Origin: Bugula neritina
Taxonomy: Eukaryota; Animalia; Bryozoa
Length of the DNA stretch: 64,000 nucleotides
Reading direction: 5' to 3'
Assembly: GCA_964035545.1 (NCBI GenBank)
Contig: OZ037773.1
Span: 5,671,751-5,735,750 of the forward strand
A program made the translations under genes and the position numbers. Of this stretch, positions 1 to 11,365 are shown one piece after another. Below the pieces are notes generated by a model. That model was not told the origin of the DNA, searched no databases, and was given only the letters and a program-made list of their open reading frames with translations. Numbering within the stretch: position 1 is the stretch's first letter; the number at the start of each line of letters is the position of its first letter.

Positions 1-3000
1 AAATGCCACAAACTAATAGAATTGTCTCCCCAGGAGCTGACCACATGGACTAATGATTTACTAAAGGCTAGAGGACACAAATTGAGCCAAGATCTGCGAA
101 AGTCAATTAGTGATGGAGTTACCCTCCCTCTGATTCTAGATGTGGCGTGTAAGTAAATCAAGAGAGTGGTATGTGTAAGTAAACTAATAGTGTGTTAGGT
201 GTAAGTAAACTAATAGTGGTATGTGTAACCAAACTAAGAGTAGTACGATGAAAGTACAGCCTTAATTTTTTTGAAGCCAAATAATTTTTTGCTCAATTGC
301 TAAAAACTGTTGGTCATTTTATAATTTTAAGACTGTTTTTTATCTGTTTATTACTAAGTTTAGCTGAAAATCATTATAAATAGTCTGCAAAGTGACTCAA
401 AGTATTGCAGTTGTACAAGGAGAATGAAAATTCTGTGCTGCCTTCAATACTGCTAGCAGTGATCTAACTGCTGACCACACATTAGCTATTTGCTTGGGCT
501 CTTATTTTTAACTTCAAAAAGCAAACAGCAAACATTTTCTTTGAGTAACAGTACCTGAAACCTATCATAGCACTAGAATCTCACAGCACTAAAATCTCAC
601 AGCACTAAAATCTCATAATACTAGAATTTTATTGTGCTAGAACAGGGCAGTCCAAAAAGTGGCCCCAGAGCCAAATGTGGCCTCCAGCCTACATTTATGT
701 GGCCCTCAAATGCATAGCAATTTAAATGATTTTTTAGCACACATATGAGTTATAATGAAGAACCACCTTTTAAATGTCTTATTTATATACCTGCTACAAA
801 GCATGGAGTCTGCAGTAACTATATTAGGCTTAATTGTGCAATTATTATTACTAATGCTGTGTCCCCCAGCTGAACTTAAATTTTACAATGTGACCCTTGC
901 CACCTAGACATTCCCTTTCAGTGGCCCTGTGCTAGAATATCATAGTGCTAGAATATTCAACGCTAGCTTTTTTATAATACTTACTATATAAATTATAAAT
1001 CAACATGATCTGCTATGTAAGGATTCTATTGAACGAGAAACAATGAAATAAACATGAGATTTGAGTCAATTTGAATTGTTTGACCAATAAAATCCCACTT
1101 TGTTCCGATTCTGCAGTCAAAGCCATATATTGATTAAAGTCCTAGCTTTCAAGCCACTAACACAATGTACCAACTCAGTAGGAAAGATTTTGCTCATTTG
1201 GGATTTCCATAAACAAAGAATTAGTTGCGAATTAATTTCAACTTCAATAATAAACAGCATATAGAAAACAAATCTAGCGAGATTTGCACAACTGCTTCTC
1301 ATAACACCTTGTAAAGTCAGCCTATGAGTCAGCAAGAATTCTCTCTCTTTTTCTCTCTCTCTCTCTCTCTAGCCGTGATTACATGTTAGGACAGTTGTAT
1401 TCAAGGTTAGATTATAAGCATTTGCTTCTTAATTTAAATAAAGTTATAAAAATCTACAGCAAGTATAGGTTGGCTCTTTACTTTAAACTACTTCATGCAA
1501 ATTTTTCACAACTTCTTTGTTTTGTTATATATAGGGTATTATATCGATAAATATAATTAAAAATAATTGTTTATGAAAAGTCTTCAATGCTGTTATAATT
1601 CTATAGTTGGACATCAACTCAAACCAACAAAGAAGCTGCTAAGTGACAGTGACAGATTGCAGGTGCTTGCAGGTTGTTTGAAGTATTTGACATCACGCCA
1701 ACTCTGCATAGACATAACACCAGAAGGTACGTTCTAGAAATGTAACAGTCTCACTGTCTGAACTTTATTTGTAGTTGAATGTCAAGGTCAGTAATGCGGA
1801 CTCAAGTTAATGCTATGATTATCTGCTTTTTACTCGTTTTGTTTTTAAAAAGCTTAAAACTGATGAATTCCAACCAGCATGGTGCTTTCGTAGATTAAAA
1901 AATATATACTACAATGCAGGCATACAAAAGTAACAAAATGTATGTCATTTCTGATAGCATTTGTAACACAGCTTCAATCTTCTTTGTCATAGAAATTACT
2001 TGCATGGCTCATGTATCTATCTTCATGCCAGTTTCGGTAATCACCAAACATAATCTTAAGGATTTAAAATACAAAGAAAGATTTTGGAAAACTATTAAAC
2101 TATGTTTACTAAGTGACTGAAAGACATTGAATTGGTTCAATTAACAGCAGATAATAGTCGCTGTTATTTTGTTTTAAAAGTTGGCAATAAATACAAGAAA
2201 CTTTTTTTCTGTATCTTTTGTCAAATTAAAAATAAGTTTAATGAAAGAAAAACATTATATTTGCGATTATTTTTTATATTTAATATAATCATCATATGTT
2301 GTCATACAAATCGAACTCCTGTATTACTAGTAGAATCTTTTTAACGCATGTACAGCACTCTGGTTGACACTGTGTGTGGTTCATTGACTTTAGAGCTGCT
2401 AGCCGGAGATTTAAAGGCAGTGCTGTCGCTGTTGTCTGACGTCAGAGAGAAAATGGGGCAGGTAAGAGAAGGAAGACCTTATTATAGGGGGCAAAACAAG
2501 GAGACCCTATTTTATGGGGCAAATAAAGTAAACGTTATTATATTGGGCAAGACAAATCCTGGTTTAGTTAAATTGGTTTAGAGTTTGAAGCTACACCATA
2601 GCATCTGTGGTAAAGTACAACCAGAAATATTTTGACATCTTGTATCATGGTATTATGTTAATAAATAGCTTGTGTTTTGAATAAAATTAGTAGCATGCAG
2701 GAAGTATGTAGTGTTGTTGGTGTAATGGGGTTTTGATGTCTTTATTCTTAAAATAACTTTTTATGCTGCTGCAACTGAGAAAAATCTTAAGAAGCATACA
2801 AAATACTTTTCAGGGAAAGAGCAAATCAAAGACGCATGCAACTGCAGATCAGACTAAACTGCTGCCATATGATGTCATCAAACTCGACGTTGACAGCGAA
2901 CAGGTTGAAGAGAGTCAATTTCAGATAGAGGAGAATCAGATGAGTCAGAATGGTGTCCTTATTGCTCATAGTCAGCCAATCGCTAGGCAGCGTCAACATC

Positions 3001-6000
3001 CAATCAAGGTAAGGTATTGTACATGTACTTACTTTGCAAGTGCATCAGACTTACACACGCACACTTACACTCACACCACACCAAATGTCATAAATAGTTT
3101 GCTATTTCAGGTCTTCACCACTTTTCAAGGTCCAAAAATCAGTAACGAACCACAGAGAAGTAGACCAATAACAAAAAGTGCCATGAACGGCTCCTTGTCA
3201 TTGGATGATATCGACAAGCAGACGGCTAATGGACAGCAGACGTTTCACCACATGAGAGTGTCAACTTCTAGTAGTGTCAGTATCAATGTTGACAGCGGGG
3301 AGCTGGTGAGTTGTAGAGTTTTCGTCCATTGTTGAATTTTGAAAAAAACTGCTAATAATATCAACAGTTTTCAATCGACTGTTGGTCAACATACTGTTGC
3401 ACTGGTTATGTCATATTCTAGCTCTTTGAAATTTTTCATTTCTAGGAATATAATGATGATGACAATTCAAATTTTACACATACTGTACCTGAATCCCACT
3501 GTAATTATAAAGAACTTGGGTTAGTGGACATGACCAACAGCAGTGATGTAAGCAAAGAGCTTTCAGCTTTCAGCAGCTTTCATGCACCCGAACAAAGGCA
3601 AGCCAAGACCAAGGCAAGTAACATGCTAGATTGAGTTCAGTTTTTTCTAGAACTTTCAGGGTTAAACTATATACTTTATATGCAAAATTCAGAGCCTTAT
3701 TGAATATCCCTATCTCACATAAACATTTGCAAGCTTCGACTAGAATATTGAAATTGTCAGGTTGTTGAACTAAACTATACTAAGGGTTAAAAAAAGTAAT
3801 GGCAACACATATTCATAATGTTAACCTATAGACTAGCTGACATATTGTTCAATGCTTCTGACTAGATGGTGAGAGGACAGCCGTCTGGAGAGAGTAATCC
3901 AACCACACCAAGTGTCAAAGACAAAAGTGACTCACTGAGGCTGCGAGATGCTGAAACAAGTAATCATTCAAAGTCAAGGGGTGGAAGGGGTCGTCAACTA
4001 AAAAAACAAAGAGAGGAGCATAAGCACCACAACTCAACTCCAGTTCAGGTAAATTCTCTAAGGCTATAAAAATGCTGATGGAAGTCAAAACCGGTGACAT
4101 AGCTTGTTTCAATAATCTTTTTCATGATTATGTGACATGGCATCCCATGTGACATCATGTCACATAAATAATGTAACATGATGTCACATGATCAACGTGA
4201 CAGTGAGAGTGTAGAGGAATTACATGATTAACCTTGCGAATTTTTTTGTTAATAGATTTGCAAATATTTCAATCTGAATTGTTCCTTGCTACATCGATGC
4301 CATGTTGTTGAGCAGAAGCCAAGAAATTCCAAATCAAAGCATAAAGAGAGACACATCAGCACTTCTTCGGAAAGAAGTCCCTCTGATCACACACCTACTA
4401 ACCTCCCGCATTATAAGCCAAGAACAAAAAGGAGCGCAGGTAGTAAAACCACAACCTTAGATGAAAAGCCAACTAACAGGTCACTGAAGGATAACTCCAG
4501 ACCAGACTCACGTAGTCATTCCAAGTCCCAATCAAGTCCACATCCTTCGCCTGCATTTCTACCTCTGATGATGACAGACTTTAATGAGAACATTTTCCAG
4601 ACGAGTGACGAGATGTGAGTTTTATCATTATATAGTTATACAGTAACTAGCACAGTTATAGTTATACAATAACTAGCACAGTTATAGTTATGCAATAACT
4701 AGCACAGTTATAGTTATGCAATAACTAGCATAGTTATAGTTATACAAAAAGTAACAATATTTCAAAAGCAGGTAATCTGATGACTTAGTTTATGCAAGAT
4801 CATAAGTTCGAGTCCCAGAGGGCCACAACACACCCTGCCCTTTATCTACATAAAACAGAACATCAGGGGTTTCACAGATGTTAAGCAAATGTACTAAATA
4901 TCAAGATTTTAGGAACTTCAGATTTTTCACGTGGAAGGAATTCTATAGAGTTGTACAATAATAAGTAGCTTGTTTCAAGTTTTTAACAAAATTCTGCTGT
5001 GTGTACATTTTAAATGAAGTGATATATTTTTTTTAGTTTACCATCATTTGCATGTGTAAAATTGATGAAACATTAGCCTCTTTTTTTAAAATCCTACCTC
5101 TATTAGACATGCTATTTTAGAATAGAAATATGTGTAAATAAAAAATGAAACGAGCTGTTAATAAGGCATGTATTGGTCTGTTTGTGTCATTTGAGATAAA
5201 TAAAATCGCTTACTTTAAGTTTGTCATCTTTTACTTTGCTGCAATCTTTTACAAATTTGTCACGTGTGTTTTGATATCTCATGTAGAGAGGGAATTTTCA
5301 CAGAGAAGATACTTTATCTCAGCACATCTACAAACAGCACCATAACACTACCTCCGGCAGTAGAGAACTGGGCTTATAATAACAGTACCGACCACCAGGT
5401 AATTTCTGCATTACCACATGCACTGAATATGTTTTCTCATTAGGTATTTATTTTTAGCTGTAAATACATAAAGATATATTAGCGGATGGAAGTAAACAGA
5501 CTTCAAAAGTTTAGAAACAAATTCTAAATCTACAACTTCAGATCAAGGTGTAGTGTTCAACAACAACAAAAATAAAATCATTTTTACTACTGCACTGTGG
5601 ACCTAGTAGCCGTAATTTTATTGCATGCCTGCAGGTAACTCGAGCAAAAGAGTATGAAGTGCCACAAGACTATTACCAGGCTATACCCATTGAAAATACA
5701 GAGCCTATGTCAAGGTCATCACAACACACTGAGGTCAGTAGAGGTCAACTAGCCTATGAAAACAGCTATACGTGTAATAGAACAATCATAACACAATGCT
5801 GTGAGACTATTTGGTAATAATTGGTAATGGCTGAAAAGAAAAAATAGCATTTATTAGTCATGCTGTCCTGAGATGTGTTGAAATATTGGTTGTTGCTAAA
5901 TAATATTAATATCATGTGTCGTTACATAATCAATATGTAACCCAATTGTACAAATTATTTTGATACACGTAATTCTGGTTAACTGACATGATGTAAAAGA

Positions 6001-9000
6001 TATTGTAAAAGCTTTTAAAAATGTGAAATATATGGTGGAAGCTTTTGAAAAAAGCTAAAAAATAGCATTTACAATATAACTTTGTTCTATCAAGTTTAGT
6101 TATTAATAGTGTACTAAACTTTTAAGTTGCGTTTATACCTCGACTGGAAAAAGTTTTGTGACGATAATAATAACGCAACTTTATTCTAGTTACTACTTAT
6201 ACTTGAAAATATAAATGGTTCTTATAGGCTGTTTAGTGTGCTAAAAATTTTGACCGTAAGAAAAGTTATACTAACTAAAGACAAGCTGCAAGCAAAAACA
6301 AAATTTATCCAATCACCTGTTTTATCATCATTTATTTAAAAAGTTACATAACTATGAGTTAGATTGCGTCTTTATGTAGTTTTTATCTAAGCCGATATAC
6401 ACGTAGATATTTATAGTAACAATTGCATAATAATTTTAATAGAAATACAAGAAAAACAATGAGGACCAAGCTAACTCTAGATTTAGTGACCTCTCAGATG
6501 TAAAGATAAGACGACTCTCAATGCCAACTGGGTACCAGTACACAAATAACTTGGAGACAAGATATGACAGAACGAAAGTAAGAGAAAGGCAAGAGATGTG
6601 GGCAGATAATTGCTGCACTGAAGAGCAATGGATTGATGGACCTGCATACTCGCAACATGAAGATGGCACTTTAAAGAGAAAAGACCACCAAGATTTATCT
6701 GCTCTCGACGGAGCTTCTTTGAATGACTCGATCTATAGTACTAACCAATTTGAGGACAGATGCAGGTAAAATGGTGACTTATATTTGATATGTAAAAATA
6801 GATGGCTAGCTCTTTGATATTGGGCTAAAAGGGAATGTTTTTTAGTGAGCTATCAGCAGGCGTTAACACCTTACCTGTATGCTGAAATACCCAGCATATT
6901 TAGGCCACAGTGCTAGGTATTAGAATTAGGTATGTTATACTTTTGTAAACTGCTATCATGTAGAACAAAACACTTGCCTAGTGAACTAGAAAGTTGAGTT
7001 TAAAAAGCTAATAAATGGAATTGCCACAGATCGTCTGCAGCTACGTAGTACTTATTGTAAATCTTAGTAAGAGAACTTACAACATACAGAACTTTATTAT
7101 ACCAGCATGAATTAAAAAAGTAAATTCTAAAATATATAAACACAATTGTGAGATTATTGCAATGTTGGGTAATATTATATTTTATCTTTTTGAAAAAGTT
7201 ATGTTTTCTGCATGCAAAACATAATTTTGATGATTATTAATAAAACCGAAAATGACCTTAAACTTGCTTTTGAGTTCTATATTTGACGCTACAGATGTGG
7301 TTTCTTTACTTTCTAATTCATATTGTAGACCGACAACGCCTTCTCTGCCGGCACTGACAGATAATACGGACATAGAAAGTGTTTCAGAAGCTCTTCATAT
7401 CAGAAGATACAAAAGATCAGCAAGTTTCAGTGACAGAATACAATTTGTAGCCGGTTTGTCTTTTCTCTCAACTTACTCATTAGACTACCAGTCATGACAC
7501 TGTAATAACTTTATATGTCTTAGCATGAGTCTTTTATTAACAAACTGTTTATACTTTAGTAATTGTAAGAATTGATTGCTAGTTGCTGAATTAAATATAA
7601 TATATTTCTTGTATTTGATTCATATTTTGAGGATTTATAGTTTGAATAACTTGAAATAGGAGTATTGTTTTCAAATAATGTCTTACACACAAGTTCTTTT
7701 AGAATACTAACAGTTTTCTTAATGTGATATGCTGAAAGTTTATTGCTTAGCCCTAAAACAGTCCCAAGATTGAGTTGACAACTCCTTGAACTAATACAGA
7801 CTACTGATTAAAGTACTGAAGTTTTTGAGTTTTGTTTTGATTATAGAATCATCCAAAGGAAATGATGATGAGAGTTTTTCTCAGCCAATAGAAGCTTCTC
7901 CCCAAACAAAGCCAGTCAATGACAAACCGCCAGAAGCTACTGGGGCAGAGGGAGACTTCAAGTCAGGTAACAATCACGCTATTACTGACTAAAGCCTAAA
8001 AGTAGACATTTTTAAGAGTTAAGAAACAAGTTTTGTTACAGCTAAGTGATTAGAAAGAAGTCATAAACTGAAGTCTGCCAATATTTGTCTAAATGTTATA
8101 TAACAGTTTTTTTTCTGTGCAAACTTTTGAATCTTTATTGTTTGATTTGGTAAAAAATGGTTATCCATTAGGGCATTGTATGAAAGAGCATAAGCAGATG
8201 AAATGTTACAGCCCATTAAATGACTTCTGGTTATTAGTTACAACTTGTACTACATGTTTGACAAGCACGTAGTTTTCATGACCCTCTCATTTGCAGCAGC
8301 TTCGTTTACTAATGTTCTCTGGTGTAAATATACTTACAGTAAAAGAAGAAAAAGCTGAACTGGGGGAGAGAAAACCCTCTGTGAGTGAGTCAGTTACGAG
8401 TAGCCAAGGAAGTTACAGTGGCAGATATAAAGCTAGCAGAAGAGGGAAAAGCAGCAGAACAGTAGATAATAGGTGAGATCTACAGGATAGGATAGCAATT
8501 TACTGATAAATGATGATATCTGCAGAATATAACGTCAAGTAATGAAACAAATTTATTTTTAAAAATTGAATGATAAATGAAATTTTTGCATATAAATTTA
8601 TTTAGGATCAAGTGAAACCTCAAGAAAAAATAGGTAATCTGCATAATGTATACTGTATAAGTGAGATCTATAGAAATAAGTTTAATAGTAAAAAATGTCT
8701 GTAAAATAAGTAAAATGTTGATAAGCAAGCCGATCTAGCACAGCATATATAATTATATAGCCTGAGCAGCCGTGGTCTAGGGGTTAGAGCGTTTGCCTAG
8801 TCATGGGTTCAGCCCAGACAAAGGCCATTGGTAATGTTAGGAAGAGCATCCAGTCATAATTGCTCCTGTGCCTAATTTAAATAAGTCCTTAGCCCGATTT
8901 AACAAAAACTCTTTTCGTCGGAGTTTCTCACAGTTATATATAATTATATAGCTTACTACAGGCACAGGATAGTTTCACCTTCTGTACAGGATGTTTACAG

Positions 9001-10999
9001 TTAAATACAGACTTTATTTTCTGTTTTAGAGCAAGTCACAAAAAGATACAGAAAATTGAGTCACACATCATTACGTTGGCTCAGAGCGTAGCCCACATCT
9101 CCTCAGAGATGAAGTCTAACTCTGCTATATACTTGCAACTAGAAAGTCTCAGTGCAGAGATCAGTAGTATCAAACAGGTAGGTAGCTCACATAAATGCCC
9201 GCAATTGTGGCAAAAAAATTAAGGAAAGAAAGCTAAATAAAAATCTCACTGGGCAATTTATTGGAATTTGGTAGTAAGTCAGATTGCTACAGATAGCTGT
9301 TGTATATTTGTACCGTTTTGGTGCAGCAGGAAGCCATTTTAATAGCCTAAATTCTTTACTTTTCTTAAAAGCTTTAATTTGGCGTGTGGGTTGAGACTCT
9401 CAAAAAGACATATAGCTTCTTTTGCTACATTCCTAACCTAAAATGTGTGCCCTAATTTCTCCCTCACTGGACCTACTTCAATTGTTGGCACTTCCTATTC
9501 AAGCCCGAATAATTTTACCACTGTAAGAGAAACAGATCTGATATATCAGAGCTCACTTCTCAGTTGGTAATATATGCAGATATTAGAAACAGCAGGCTTG
9601 CTAGAACCTCTAGCTGAAGTGAAAGACAAGCTGTCACAGAAGACTGACAACTCCCTGATTGACAGCAAGGCTCAGAAGTTGAACAAATTAACTAAGTAAG
9701 TACGTGTGGCCGGACTTGAAGTGGTGATATGGGCCATGAGAGAGATAGTCTGATAGAGAAGTGATGTGCTGATGGAGCTAGTGATCAGTAATAAGGGTGT
9801 AATGAGGGGGTGAGAGATTATGAAGACAGAAATTAAAGTTCTGGTTGTGAGGGTGCATTTACCTTTTGCTCTGTTCAAATAATTATTTACTGACCTGTAA
9901 TTTATGTACACCAATATGTGGTTATAGTTTTTGGTTTTGCCTTACAGATTTTTTGGACAAGAGCCTCCACTAATGAGACTATTCCTAAAGGACTTGGGTT
10001 ATGAGGCAAGTATCCACAGAGTGTATCAACCTGAGTGGGTTAAAATTGCATGGGGGGGGGGCATGCAAGTATAGTTGACAAGTAATAGGATGTTCTCCGA
10101 GCAGGCAATTAAAGACAATGAGCCTCTGAAAAGTGTATTCATTCAATAAATTATCATGCATAGCCAATAGCATTAATATATCATTATACTTTAAACATCT
10201 TTGGAATTTGCTAATTTTAATTGGTAGAATGAGTTTACAGTAGGAAATGAGCGTGCTCTATGAAATATAATCAGTAAGTTTCAAACAAACATTTGAATCA
10301 AACCCCAGCCCTAGACTTCCCCCAACAACTTTATGTAGTTCATTAATTCAAAATTCCCAGCTGTATCTTTTTGTATTTGCCTGTTCTTTGTGTCCATACA
10401 CATTTGCTCTGGGGGAACCTTGCTGTGTTCTATTATCTAGTAGCAAGGTAATGTTATAAGCATGGCTGGTTCTATCTGGCGGGTGTATAGCCTTAAATTG
10501 GTGCCCTTTTCTCTTTCACATGTCTTATGACTCATCTTAATTGTAGAAGTAGTGTACCATGTTTGAAAATCAGTTTATTGGAGTTGCTTTATCTTAACTG
10601 TAGAAGTACAGTACCGAGTTTGAAAATCAGTTTATTGGAGTTGTTTTATCTTAATTGTAGAAGTATAGTGCCATGTTTGAAAATCAGCTTATTGGAGTTG
10701 TTTTATCTTATTTGTAGAAGTACAGTAGCATGTTTGAAAACGAGAAGATTGGTTTATTGGAGTTGCCTTACATGACCGAAGAAGCCTTAAAGTCTATAGG
10801 AATTCCTTTAGGACCTCGCACTAGAATTCTCCAGGAAGCCAGAACTATTAACCAGACGTCTAAAACGCAGCCACCAGTAAGAAATGGACACACTAATAAC
10901 TTTAGTAGCGTTAATAAACTGTCAAGCCACTCCTCATTGGCTAGCAAACCACCAATCCACAGTAAGAGTAAAAAGAAGAGTAGAAAAGAGCACAGTTAG
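1..10999 (+). CDS. Uncharacterised multi-exon protein: N-terminal calponin-homology (CH) domain, long low-complexity middle, coiled coil, C-terminal SAM domain (5' incomplete)
   Basis: 18 phase-compatible exons: ~34-148, 1607-1726, 2394-2461, 2814-3008, 3111-3305, 3446-3613, 3866-4048, 4316-4614, ~5287-5398, ~5635-5733, ~6442-6765, ~7329-7452, ~7847-7966, ~8340-8472, ~9030-9176, ~9580-9695, ~9948-10005, 10718-10999 (TAG). Spliced N-term ELTTWTNDLLKARGHKLSQDLRKSISDGVTLPLILDVA...LAGCLKYL...ITPEELLAGDLKAVLSLL fits the CH pattern (W-x-N, DL, DG, G[DN]LK). Spliced C-term FLKDLGYE|KYSSMFENEKIGLLELPYMTEEALKSIGIPLGPRTRILQ fits SAM. Confidence 0.8.
141..245 (+). repeat. ~25-bp tandem repeat duplicating the exon donor site (4 copies)
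   Basis: GT|GTAAGTAAA at 149, 175 and 201; GT|GTAACCAAA at 225. Confidence 0.8.
643..929. mobile_element. hAT (Charlie-like) non-autonomous element / MITE
   Basis: Ends CAGGGC...GCCCTG, exact 8-bp target duplication TGCTAGAA at 635-642 and 930-937, internal TGGCCC/TGGCCT repeats. Confidence 0.8.
4630..4745. repeat. ~24-bp minisatellite (GTTATAGTTATRCARTAACTAGCACA) just after a donor site
   Basis: About 4.5 visible copies. Confidence 0.85.
8764..8933 (+). mobile_element. tRNA-derived SINE, copy 1 (internally deleted head)
   Basis: A-box TGGTCTAGGGG; body shared with 17760-17945 and 46640-46735; 17-bp direct repeat ATATATAATTATATAGC at 8745-8761 and 8936-8952 (TSD). Confidence 0.8.
10530..10770 (+). 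repeat. 57-bp tandem repeat duplicating the last-exon acceptor and exon start (4 copies)
   Basis: TGTAG|AAGTA with AG ending at 10546, 10603, 10660 and 10717; only the last continues into the SAM reading frame. Confidence 0.9.
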
Positions 11000-11365
11000 A
11001 GTGAATGTAATCAGTAAGTTAAACTACAGCCAGCGCTCAGTTCCTTTCTGCCCGAATATAGAAGCTGCTGCATACAACTCAATAACAATTCACCAACTTA
11101 ATAAATTTTGTATTTATTTACAAAGTATATTATTTTAATACAAATTTTGTACATATTATATTGTATAGTCACATATTTATACACAAATAAAATAGTAAAT
11201 ATCTAACATTTCAACTAAATTTAAAAAAGCAAACTCAGATGTTATTGTATGCTAGTTACAAATATAGGTCAAAGTAGCAGACGTGACTAGTTGATTATGG
11301 AAGTTATCTGCACAATCGAGTCCAGCAGTAATTCCACCATGTCATCACTCATAGCCTGTGATCTG

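Noticed and set aside
4780-4860. B-box-like GTTCGAGTCC
   Set aside because: No clear A box or second copy in the window
10527-10775. ORF resembling leucine-rich repeats (LKISLLELFYLNCRS)
   Set aside because: Alternative-frame reading of the 57-bp acceptor duplication; the SAM frame explains the sequence
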